In this document: positions 53,162 to 64,000 of the stretch, one piece after another | Layout of the letters: every line of letters starts with the position of its first letter | Numbering within the stretch: position 1 is the first letter of the stretch | Origin: the human T2T-CHM13v2.0 reference genome, Homo sapiens | DNA: 64,000 nucleotides | NCBI RefSeq assembly: GCF_009914755.1 | Contig: NC_060928.1 | Direction: 5' to 3' (one strand) | The notes under the pieces: model-generated | The model's input: only the letters and a program-made list of their open reading frames with translations | Database searches by the model: none | Told to the model about the DNA's origin: nothing | Program-made: the position numbers and the translations under genes

Positions 53162-53228
53162 CTACTGAGTTCTTCCAAACGTTCTGAGTTTTGAGATACA
53201 GCTTCCACTGTGGATCCTCTAAACTCTT
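53162..53228 (-). CDS. Candidate penultimate coding exon (67 nt): (E)EFRGSTVEAVSQNSERLEELS(R)
   Basis: Acceptor TTTGTGTA(T)nAG|AAGAG and donor AGTAG|GTATGA in non-repetitive sequence, with a 296-nt intron to the next exon. Confidence 0.6.
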
Positions 53229-53368
53229 CTAAAAAAAAATACACAAAGTTAATAGATTATCATGAACACAGTTTATAGTTATTTTGATCTTGAACCTGGG
53301 AATCCCTTTTCAGGGATATCTGTCCTTATCACCTATAAGATAAGGGTGTATGTATCACCAGGGCAGAT

Positions 53369-53872
53369 TGTATTGTACAAAGATGGCCACAACAATCTCT
53401 CCCACTCCACATGTTCCTGTACAGCATGATCTTGTCAATCCCCCATGAAGAAGTAGAATCCAGTTTTCTTCTTGAAATTGAGCTACCCTTAAGATTCTTT
53501 TGTGATCAGCTGAATATGGAGGAAGTAACAAAAATGAGTTCTGGGGCTAGGTCCATAAAGGCTATGCAGCCTCTACCTGGTTATCTTAGGATACTTTTTT
53601 TGGAGGAAGCAAGTCACCATATAAGTCCTCATACCCTGAGACTGCCATGCTGGAATGGCCACGTATAGATGTTCTAGCAGACAGTCCCAGCTGAGTCTAG
53701 CCTTCCAGCCATCTTGGCCAAGTCTCCAGCCTGTGAGTGAAGCTGCCTTTGACCCTTCAAACCAGCCCATCTGTCAGCTGAATACTACTTAGTGACTTCA
53801 ATTAACGTCCAGACGAGCCCTGCCTGAATTCCTAATCCACAGAATTCTTGTGATATAATAAAATGGCTACTG
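53369..53872 (+). mobile_element. MLT1F/G/H-type LTR
   Basis: AAAGATGGCCACAACAATCTCTCCC...CCCTGAGACTGCCATGCTGG...CCCAGCTGAGTCTAGCC...CCCTGCCTGAATTCCTAATCCACAGAAT. Confidence 0.7.
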
Positions 53873-53959
53873 AAAAGGCCACCTTTTGTTGGGTAAGATG
53901 ACTTTTAAAAATAATACTCAAAAGGAAAATTAATTTAGGGAGCAATATAAAGTACCCAA

Positions 53960-53980
53960 ATAATGAAGTCAAATATGGGA

Positions 53981-54023
<43 letters not shown>

Positions 54024-54190
54024 GTGTGTATATATATAAATACATATATAAACATATATATATAAAAACTTCCCACATTGACTTCATTATTATGATATTG
54101 TGATAATGAAATCAAATATGGGAAGTTTATATATGTAGATATATGTGTATATATGACTTCATTTATCATATATTATATGTATATCTATAT
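53960..54190. repeat. TA-rich microsatellite region with direct and inverted copies of a ~30-bp unit
   Basis: ATAATGAAGTCAAATATGGGAAGTTTATATA at 53960-53990, inverted at 54061-54090 and direct again at 54103-54133. Confidence 0.85.
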
Positions 54191-54399
54191 ACATAGAGAG
54201 AGCCATGTTAATTTGTTACTTAACTTTAACTTTCATATCTGGCCTTTTACTTTTGATTTCAATTAACTGGGATTAATCTAATAAGGTACCGTTTATTCCT
54301 GTTTATGACAGGCCCCAGTTTTCAGGTCCCTTCATTCTATTTTTTATTACCTTTCCTGTTCTGTCCCCATCTCCTACCCACTGAAATTCCTGAAAGAGT

Positions 54400-55690
54400 T
54401 CCACTTTGCCTTTTGGAATATTTGATTCATTATTTTAGCAAAATGTCCTATATCCTTACCCTATTTTCTGAAATTCCTTTTACTTTCTTGCTCTAACAGA
54501 AATTTGTCTCTTCTCTCAAGATACTATCAGCCCAGAAACCCATTTTTGTTATTGATTTTCTCGGTCTTCTCACTACTGCACCTGAAGATGGGTTGGTGTC
54601 CTCTCCTCCTTGTTCTTTCAGGACCCTTGCCCTTCCTCTTTCCCTTTCTAACACTCATGTCATTAGATTATACAGTCAACCATTTGTCACTATTGTGATC
54701 TATCTACAAACGGAATCATTCTCAGTTGATGTTATCATTGCCTCATTGTCACTGTACTACTACTTTCTTAATTTAGTAATTTCAATGTAAAGGTAGAAGA
54801 TTATTCCACCTTAAGTCTCAATTCCTTGACCTCCTGTTCTTTTACATCTTGTCCTTTACATTACCACAGCCATTAATTCTCCTGGTCATACTTAGACCTT
54901 GTCATTATCAGTAACTATGAGCCCCCTCTAGCTCATTTTCCTGCATTTAACTGTTTGGCTGCCTCCTTTTGTATTTCCAGATCACTCCCTCTGGTATCCT
55001 GACCCCAGCAATTCTTCTACTTCATTGGAACCTCCAATTCTACCACCTTTTCATTGTTTTTCCTCATTTTTCTGTCTCTTCTTCCTTCCTTATATAATTT
55101 AAATTCCATGGTTATCTACTTCCTTGCATAAAGTCTAAATTTCTCTTCTTTTCACTTTGTTTGCTTACTTGGCAAAAGTATAGCCCTAGTTAAATCTAGT
55201 TATCTGCCTACTCCTCTCCTGCACTGTATAGTTCAATATGGCTGGAGAAAATACAACTGGCCTGAGATGCCTCGTCTTAAATTCATGGCCACAAACATTA
55301 AGTAGACCCTTACACTTCCAGGCCATTCTATGAGACATTCCTAGTCCACTCATTCTTCCACTCCCCTAGATGACTAAATCTTCTATTTTTCTCAAACCTC
55401 CCAACCTCCACTTTTCTCAGCTGATGATTTATTTTCTGGCTTCATAGAGGAAATAAATGACAATAGGGAAAATTGTCCACAAGCTTTGTGGCAAGAGTTA
55501 CTCACCTACTGCTTCTGTTCTGTATACTCTGTCTTCCCTTCTGTTAGTACCAATGAACTGCCTAAGGCCTATCCCTCTACTTCTTCACTAGACCTCATGC
55601 CCTCTTGTCTAGACAAGACAGGGTTTCAGTCCTTCCTTCTGCCTCCCACTCATCAGTGCTCTTCCTCTCTATTAGATCTTCCCTATCAGT
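54400..55690 (+). mobile_element. Old L2 body remnant
   Basis: Pyrimidine-rich sequence with L2 ORF-like motifs (GGTCATACTTAGACCTTGTCATTA, GGCTGGAGAAAA, CTCAGCTGATGA...TTCATAGAGGAAATA). Confidence 0.55.
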
Positions 55691-55754
55691 AGAGAACTAT
55701 TTAGTTAAAGCCATGTGACTAAGTTCTCAGCAATGAAATGAGCAAAGTAATATA

Positions 55755-56142
55755 CAGTCAAGTGTCACTTAACGACAAGAATACCTTCTAAGAAATGAGT
55801 CATTAGGTGATGTTGTTGTACAAACATCACAGAGTGTACTTACACAAATCTAGATGGCACAGCCTACCACATAGCTAGGCTATTATATACTATAGCGTAT
55901 TACTTCTGGGCTATGAACCTGTTCGGCACATTACTATAGTGAATATTGTAGGCATCTGTAACACTATAATGAATATTTACTATAGCTAAACATAGTAAAG
56001 GTAATGCATTGCACCACAGTGTTATGATGGCTAAAATGTCACTAGTACATAGGAATCTTTCAGCTCCATTATAAACTTTTAGTATCACCATTGTGTATGG
56101 CATATATTGTTGACAGAAATGTCCTTACGCGGTGCATGACTG
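55755..56142 (-). mobile_element. Tigger3-type DNA transposon
   Basis: TA|CAGTCAAGTGTCACTTAACGAC...CAGAGTGTACTTACACAAATCTAGATGG...GCGGTGCATGACTG, the reverse orientation of the copy at 35328. Confidence 0.7.
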
Positions 56143-57659
56143 GATACTTCTTCTGGGTCTGAGTGTTAGACATTGGGTACTCACTCGCCACAGGACTGTT
56201 GGCTCTTGGTTCCATCACTGCAAAAACACTCATTTGGATTATAACCTAGGTTTTGCACTATGGGTCTGACTTAAGGTGTGATTTGAGATGTTTGATCTGT
56301 AGGACTTCAAGGGAGCTGGAAGACTGGGAACAGTACCACTCTAGTAAGGGAGACTAGAAGCAACAGCATGTTGAAGTGTGATATTTGCTTATACGATCTA
56401 CATTTCAGTAGAAATTGGCACTTCTTTGTTGCTAATAGTAAAGACTCTGAAATGGTAGATTCAAGTGGGCAACAAAAAGATCTCATTTATACCACCACTT
56501 AGCCTATACGTTACAAAAGCAATAGAATAAGCCAGTAAATGCTAAATTGCTATAAATCCACCATCGCATCCCTTTTTTGAAAACAATGGAATATAATATT
56601 TATATTATACAGTATTCTATGTAAACAAGATTTTAAAAATGTTATCTGTAGAGAAGGATGAATTGAAATGGAGAAGACATTACCTGGTAGTTTGGGGACT
56701 GGAAAGGTAAATGAATTTTTATAATTTTGGCATGCTAAACATTTGTAGTGGCCTTACTCTAAAAAAGGGTAAATAACTCATTCATAAAGGTTGTGTCAGA
56801 GTTTATAGACTAGACCCCTGGTAATGGATTCAACCTTTCTTCAACAAACCAAAAGTATTGTTGTATGCTCACATGAATATACAGTAGTCATTACCTTAAA
56901 TTTAAAACTCACTATAAGCAGCAAACACAGAGAGCATGATATGAAGGCTGTATTGTATCAGTGTGGTCTGCAGAGAATTTCTTCATATGGTTTTTGCCTT
57001 GTTGAAATATATGTTGCAGTTCAAAGCTAAAGGGATTACTTTTGAATAGTCATCACAGAGGTTGATTACATTCGTATATCATATTTAGCTGGACCCTGCA
57101 GGCTATTATTCCATTAGCTACGCCGGTCCTGCCATTGTCAAAAAGTTGATCACCTAATGTTAAAAGACTGTGCTTTCTGTTGACCTTATCATAATGACTC
57201 AAAAGCTTTTGTTAAAAAATAAAACTCAGATTATGTTTTATGAAACTGATTAAGAATAAATACTGCGTATAAACTATGCTCCTATCTTATAGGTGATTGT
57301 AACATTATGCTATTATTAACGATGAGATGTTTTGTTTTTGTATTTCAGCAGATTTTATTGATAGTCATAGATTCAATTTTAGTAGAAACAGTACTTCTCT
57401 CTCACTGATAGTAAAGAGTCTCAGAAACTGATTTCTGAAAAAGGAACAGAAGTCTCCCTTCCCCACCATGTAAATCATATAAAATTACTCTGGAAGTAAG
57501 CCAGTATATCAATGTTAATATAATGGCACATCTACAATGGCCTGCTTATAATATGATTTTACAAGGCCACTGTACTGAAGAGAACGAAGTTCTGTTTGGG
57601 GGAAATGTGTATATGAACTGAAAACTTGTCAATCACAATTGATAATGAGAAAATCCCTT

Positions 57660-57697
57660 CCAATAAATAAATAAATAAATAAATACATAAATAAATA
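57660..57697. repeat. (AAAT)n microsatellite
   Basis: Directly visible. Confidence 0.9.
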
Positions 57698-58298
57698 GAA
57701 TATTTAACTGTTTATTCTTAATATGATGGTTGTATAGGTTCACTCATTTAATTACAATGAGAATATCTGATTCAAGGCTATGAATCTGGTTTTTATAAAC
57801 CCAGAATCCCATTACCAATAAAAGGCTTATTTAGATAAGCTTGACTTTTAAATTATTTTATTATGAATTAGCCACAAATAAGGAATGAAATGAGAGCTCA
57901 TCTTTGAAAAAGATATTGACAGTTATGACTTTATTATTTGAAGTAACATATAAATTTTTTCATTAAAATCACATTACGAAAGCTGTCCTTTGGGAAAAAA
58001 GATGATTTTGACGCTATCTCAGTTGAACAGCTAAGTCCTTGAGCTGTGTTCCCAGGAGTGATGATGGATTGACATAGACTCATGTGTGCTCTTTGGCATG
58101 GTCTACCTTGTAACTGATGGTTTGTAAAACGGCTGGTCAGGGATGCAGGCTGTGATCCTGGAACACAGCCAGACACTAATTTTGGCCTCATTAGCACTGT
58201 TCTCTTAATCAATTGAACTTTTCAGCAGAGGTTTCCTAATATTTCTTGTACTTGCTTGCCTTTAGCTACCCACTTGATACTCACAATAGATGAGTGGG

Positions 58299-58765
58299 TA
58301 TCAGTCAGGAAGAAACAGATGGCACATGCAACTGGGATTTTGAAGAGACTTTAATGAAGGGACTATTAAGAGATGAGGGCAGGGCTAAGGAGCTAATAAG
58401 GGATATTGAGGCACCTAGGGACTTGCAAAAGAGGGTGCCATGCCATTATCATCTCTGGGTCTAAATTCAGGGTAAAGAGAGAGGATGGTGCCACTGGACT
58501 TTGGGTGAGGGCAGAGATTTAGAAAAGGGACTGCCTTTTCTAAATCTAGAAGTAGCAGTTGTAGAGTGTCACAGTTGTCAGAAAGGAGCTGAAGAAGTGA
58601 GGGACAGAGGAATAGTATTCTAACTCTCCACCTTCCTAACCTCTCATCTGCTGGTGACTCCCTTTGGCTAAATACATACGATGAAGCCAGAAAGCAAGTC
58701 AGCCTGTGTGATGCAGTCTGAAGTCAGTCTCCTGGGACACAGAGCAGAGAAGGTGGGAGAATTGA
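58299..58765. mobile_element. Old LTR remnant (LTR78/LTR33-like; uncertain)
   Basis: TATCAGTCAGG..GAAACAGATGGCACA...GAAGAGACTTTAATGAAGGGACTATT. Confidence 0.4.

Positions 58766-58767
<2 letters not shown>

Positions 58768-58807
<40 letters not shown>
58768..58807. repeat. (TG)~20 microsatellite
   Basis: Directly visible. Confidence 0.95.
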
Positions 58808-58812
<5 letters not shown>

Positions 58813-58954
58813 GTGGGGGAGGGGAAACAAGTAGCATATAATAACCATAAAATGCAAATGTTTTCCTTTAGCAAACATTTAGTCATGTGAAGTGTGGTTT
58901 GAGCGTCAACATATTTAATGTTGGCATATAATTGGGTGTTTCTTTATTCGTTTT

Positions 58955-58980
58955 CCTCCTCCTCCTCCTCCTCCTCCTCC
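58955..58980. repeat. (CCT)n trinucleotide repeat
   Basis: Directly visible. Confidence 0.9.
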
Positions 58981-59699
58981 TTGTTCTATAATATTGGTTT
59001 GTCATTCATGCATTCATGGCTTTCTCATCTTACAGTTTTGTAAAAAATTTATGAATCAAAGCCTGAGATTATAGAGTTAATCTCACTCTATCAAAAATAT
59101 GTGATTTGGGGGGTAATATTTTTCTACATTTTGTTGTTAACAAAACAAAAAGTTAATCTTTCTTATCTGTGTTTTGAAGTAGAAATCATGATGTGGTAAT
59201 TCTATATCTGATGAGTAAAATAATCAAGATGGAAACTTTTAAGGCAGGAGACACTTTCAAGTTTGGATAGACTCTCTTAAGTGTCAAAAACTGACGTGTT
59301 CTTTCATATTACAGGATCTGGTATATATCAATTCCCTTGCCAAGGGCTTTTATTAATATTCAAGCAATTAAAATTTATGCAAAGATCAGAAGTATATTCC
59401 AATTCAAAAGTATAGGGTTTTTTTTAACCTTACACACCATTATTCTGAATAAATGGAATGCAACTAGGCCTGAATGAAGCATTGAAGATACCATATTGAC
59501 ATAGAATGATACTGAATTTCTTTTTCTGGGCATCTAAACTTTTAATGAGAATATCTGATTCAGGTCTATTAATCTGTCCAGACACTAAATACTTTCTTAA
59601 GATAAATAGTGTGTTAATGTCTTCATACAGTTCTTTTTATTTCTCTGATTGTTGCTACATTATAAATCCCGCAATTTTTTTCTATTCAAGACAGTGTAA

Positions 59700-61600
59700 C
59701 AGAAATCAGATTGACTCTTTTCCTAAAACACTCCTCCCTACCCAAAAAATCCTGAACAAAATATATGAAACAATGATTTTGAAGACACTGGACATCAGAC
59801 AACAAAAGCCAGTGATTTCTGAAAGACAAGAAATATGTTTGAATACAAAACATGCAAAAAGGCACAATGTGGAGAAAAAGCAATCAAAACTGGCCCAGAA
59901 CAGACATAGTTATTAGAATTAGGAACAAAAACAAAGTTACTCTAACTGTATTTTAGATATTTAAAATGTTAAGTAGAGACATGGAAAATAAAATAAAACA
60001 TTAATAAACTTGAAGACAGAGTAGTAGAAACCTCAAAATGAAGAAAGAAAGAGAGTCAAAAAGATGAACATATTATCAGTAAACCATAAGACAGCTTTAA
60101 GCAGCCTAATAGACATTTACTGGCATTATAAAAAGGAGATTGAGAAAGAATTGAAACATAGTTCAAGAAATTGGGCAGAAAATTTTCTAAAATTGCTGAA
60201 GACTATAAACCCATAGATCCAAGAAGCTCAACAGACCCCAAGCTTAAGAAACTTAAAGTACGAAAAGAAAAAGAAAAAAAAAAACCTATAAAATGTACAA
60301 TGACATACCCACTGAAAATATCTTTTAAAAATGAAGGCAAAAATAAAGGCTTTTCAGACAGACAAAAGCTGAAGCAATTCATTAGCAGCATATTTGCACT
60401 ACAAGTCCTCAAGGCAGAAGAAAAATGATACCACATGGCAATCTGGATCTATGTAAACAAATGAAGAGCATCAGAGGTAAGTACAATGCATGACAACGTT
60501 GTACAAAGGTGAGAAGGGGAGAAATGGAAGGATGTAATTGTAAACTTCTTCTTTTATTGAGACAGGGTCTCGCTTGCTGCAGCCTTGACCTTACAGGCTC
60601 AAGCAATCCTCCTGCCTCCTCAGCCTCCCAAGTAGCTGGGACTACAGGCGTATGCCACCATGTCTGGCTAATTAAAAAAAAAAAATTCTTGTAGAGATGG
60701 GATCTTGTTTCATTGCCTACTCTGCTCTTGAACTCCTGGCCTCAAGCAATCCTTCTGTCTTGGTGTCCCAAAGTGTTGGGATGACAGGCATGAGCTAACA
60801 TGCCTGGCCTATAAGATTCTTATACTATGTTTTACTGTTGGTGGGAATGTAAATTAGTACAGCCATTATGGAGGTTTCTCAAAAAACTATAAAACTAGAA
60901 CTATCATGCAATCCAGCAATCCCACTGCTGGGTATTTATAAAAAGGAAATAAAATAAATACATTAAAGGGATACCTGCACGTCCATGTGTATTGCAGCAC
61001 TATCTACAATAGGTAAGATATGGAATCAACCTAAGTGTCCGTTAACAGACAAAAGGATGAAGAAAATGTAGTGTATATACCCAATAGAATACTATTCAGC
61101 TACAAAACAGAATGCAATCCTGTCATTTGCCACCACAGAAATGAGCCTGGTGAACATTATGTTCAGTGAAATAAGGCAAGCACAGAAAGATAAATACTGC
61201 ATGTTCTCACTGACATGTGGAAGCTAAAATAATTCCAGCTCTTGGAAGTAGAGAATAGGATAGTGGGTATTAGAGGCTGGGAAGGGTCGGGGGATGGGAG
61301 AAGGTGGGAGATGTTGGTTAATGGATACAAAATTACAGCTAAATAGGAGGAATGAAGTCTGGTGTTCTGTAGAATTGCAGGGTGGATATGGTTAACTATA
61401 ATTTATTGACTATTTTCCAAAAGCTAGAAGACCGAATTTTGAATGTTCACAACACAAAGAAATGATAAATGTTTGAGGTGATGGCTATGCTAATTACCCT
61501 GATTTGATCATTACACATTGTAAACACGTATCAAAATATCATCCTGTATTCCATAAATATCTACAATTATAATGTGTCAACTAAAAATAAAAGGGAAAAA
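59700..61600 (+). mobile_element. Old L1M ORF1-region fragments, an AluJ (60545-60808, minus) and an L1MA 3' end (60835-61600)
   Basis: ORF1-like peptide YPLKISFKNEGKNKGFSDRQKLKQFI; L1MA 3'UTR GCTAATTACCCTGATTTGATCATTACACATTG. Confidence 0.7.
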
Positions 61601-62589
61601 ATTCTTACACTATGTGTTAAATGATCTAATGTCACTTGAAGGTAGGTTGTGAAAAGTTAAAGATATACACTGATCATTATTTTTGTTTTTACATTTTAGT
61701 TTACACTTTTCATTTAAATATTCTGGATAGAAAAAAAATAAGATTTGAAAAATCAACATCTCTCGAATCTGAAAATAAGAAAGCCTGTCTCTAATTTAAA
61801 CATTAATTTGAAAACTTATCCTTCTCATATATTCCCCTGATCTGAGGCTTGAAGATAAGCTAATGAATTCAAAGAAATGACCATTTCATTATCACTCAGA
61901 AAGTTTAATTTTGTTGACCAAATTATGTGCAGTGTAATACATATAATATGAAACTAAATGCTGATAGGTAGGTTTGAATTTTCTTTTTCTGGTTACTTCA
62001 GAGTAACAGTTTGGAAAATATACAAGCTCTGTATTCATGTTCTTTTCATATTCTCTGTACTTTAGAACAGAGAATTATATGAGATAATTTTTTGTAATGC
62101 TTTATTGAGGTATGATTGACATAATAAAAGTTGTACATATTTAATTTATAAAACTTGATGGGTTTGGAGCTAAGTATATGTCTGTGAAACCATTCAAAAT
62201 CTATGCTGTAAACACATCCATCATCCAGGGGATGATATTTTTAATGAATAATCCAGAGATGTGAAAATGAATGTTTTCGTAAAAATTGAGTTTTCTAATG
62301 TATGTTGAGATTTCCAAAGAAGAGATACTGTAGATATACAGTATCCAGTCCAAATATAGTATTATAAGATGAGTAAATATATATATCTGGTCAGCAGCAA
62401 AGTAGTTCCTAGAAATAACATCTCTGAAAAACCCAAACAATTCCCTCACCAAAATTAAAAATCAAAACCTTGTACATCCCAGCTAAGATATTCTTCCTCT
62501 TAAATTTTCATAAGAATGAACTGGTCTATTTAAAACAATGACAGTGAGAAATACATTTTGAAAGAAGTCACCAGTTTCCAGGTGACCTA

Positions 62590-62760
62590 TATGTCTGCTA
62601 CTCAAAGTGTGGTCTCCAAACCAGGAGCATTAACATTTCCTGGAGCTTGTTAGAAATGCAGAAATGTAGGCCGCACTTCAGACCTAGTAACACAGAATCT
62701 GCCTTTTAACAGGATCCCAAGGTAATTCATTCGCCCATTAAAGTTTGACAATCGTTGCTT
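62590..62760. mobile_element. MER5-type hAT MITE
   Basis: CTACTCAAAGTGTGGTC...CTTGTTAGAAATGCAGAAAT...CAGAATCTGCCTTTTAACAGGATCCCAAGG. Confidence 0.75.
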
Positions 62761-62939
62761 TATGGATTTATATTTAACTATGTAGAGTAGGAGTAAAATA
62801 TTAATAGCATGTTGGAAAAAGGAGTTGTAGCTGCTTGGCTGTTGCTCAGTTGCAACATTTAGATAATAAGTAAATATAAATTTTTTCCCATGGATTGAGA
62901 ACATATTTTGTAATAGGGAATATGGTCAGCACTTGTATG

Positions 62940-63252
62940 GTTATTATTATTAGTAGTAGTAGTATTTTGAGATGGAGTCTCACTCTGTCGCCTAGGCTGA
63001 AGTACAGCGGCACAATCTCGGTTCACTGCAATCTCTGCCTCCCAGTTCAAGCGATTCTTCTGTCTCAGCCTCCCAGGTAGCTGGGATTATAGGGGCCCAC
63101 TATCATGCCCGGCTAATTTTTGTATTTTTAGTAGACATGGGGTTTCACCATGTTGGCCAGGCTGGTCTTGAACTCCTGACCTCAGGTGATCCGCCCACCT
63201 CAGCCTCCCAAAGTGCTGGGATTACGAGTGTGAGCCATTGCGCCCAGCTGGC
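62940..63252 (-). mobile_element. AluS with (TTA)/(TAG) tail
   Basis: TTTTGAGATGGAGTCTCACTCTGTCGCC...GAGCCATTGCGCCCAGC. Confidence 0.88.
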
Positions 63253-63264
63253 ACTTTATTATTT

Positions 63265-64000
63265 AGCTTTAATTTTTAATTGTACATTGACAAATTATAA
63301 TTATATATATTTATGGGGTACAAAGTGATGTTATGATCTATGAATACAATGTGAAATGGTTAAATCAAGCTAGTTTGTGTGTCCAGCACTTCAAATGCTT
63401 ATCATTTTTTTATGGTGAGAGCATTTGAGAATTACCGTCTTAGAGATTCTGAAATGTACAATACATTATTACTGACTATATTTACCATGATGTGCAATAT
63501 ATCTTAAAGAAAAAACCTTATTCCTCCTGTCTAATTGAGGCTTTGTACTTTTTTACCATTATCTTCCCATTTCCCTCACCACTGATAACCATCCTTCTGC
63601 TCTCTGCTTCTTTGAGTTAGATTATTTTAGATTCCAATATAAGTGAGAACATTTTATATGTGTCTTTCTATGCCTGGCTTATTTCATTTAGTATACTATT
63701 CTCCAATTCCATCTATGATATTGCAAATGACAGGATTTATCATTTTTTAAGGCTGAATAATACTTCATTATATATATATCACATTTTCTTTATCCATTCA
63801 TTGGTTTATGGACACTTCCATGACTTGGCTATTAGGAATAGTGCTGCAATGAACATGGGACTGCAGACATCTGACATGCTGATTTCAAATATTTGGGTAA
63901 ATACCCAGAAGTAGGATTGCTGTATCATATGGTAATTTTATTTTTAGTTTTTGAGAAAACTCCATACAGATTTCTGTAATGGTTGTACTAATTTATAGTC
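63265..64000 (-). mobile_element. L1MA-type 3' end, runs off the window edge
   Basis: TATATTTATGGGGTACAAAGTGATGTT...TTAGATTCCAATATAAGTGAGAACAT...GATTGCTGTATCATATGG. Confidence 0.8.

Noticed and set aside
57934-58212. 92-aa minus-strand ORF in unique sequence as a possible upstream exon
   Set aside because: Splice signals are only moderate (TTCCAG| ... AAG|GTAGAC) and I recognise no homology, so I could not support it. Worth rechecking if the gene is identified.
58267-58303. Small alternative hairpins TACCCACT/AGTGGGTA
   Set aside because: Stems of 8-10 bp at an LTR boundary are compatible with chance.

Overview
This is primate, most likely human, genomic DNA: it is rich in Alu, L1, L2, MIR, MaLR and DNA-transposon remnants and has no prokaryote-type features such as operons, CRISPR arrays or rRNA/tRNA. 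A CpG-island promoter lies at about 0.6-1.33 kb. A full-length but inactivated L1PA2/PA3 (9004-15365, 19-bp TSD) carries a very young AluYa5-lineage insertion in its 5'UTR, which fuses antisense ORF0 in frame to Alu sequence. A Charlie-type DNA transposon at 22.4-27.7 kb has been split by three later insertions (AluY, 5'-truncated L1PA, THE1/MST LTR), each with an intact TSD. There is also an MLT2A solo LTR with a TSD, and many older repeats. At 52.7-53.2 kb on the minus strand are what look like the last two exons and poly(A) signal of a spliced gene (...EEFRGSTVEAVSQNSERLEELSRFPGDQKNET*), with a possible 15-nt micro-exon at 56.7 kb. I could not name the genes. Most ORF-track entries are repeat-derived. 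Repeat subfamily names come from recalled consensus sequences and need RepeatMasker confirmation. I found no convincing novel multi-gene system; the best leads are the ORF0-Alu chimera and the unnamed gene 3' end.
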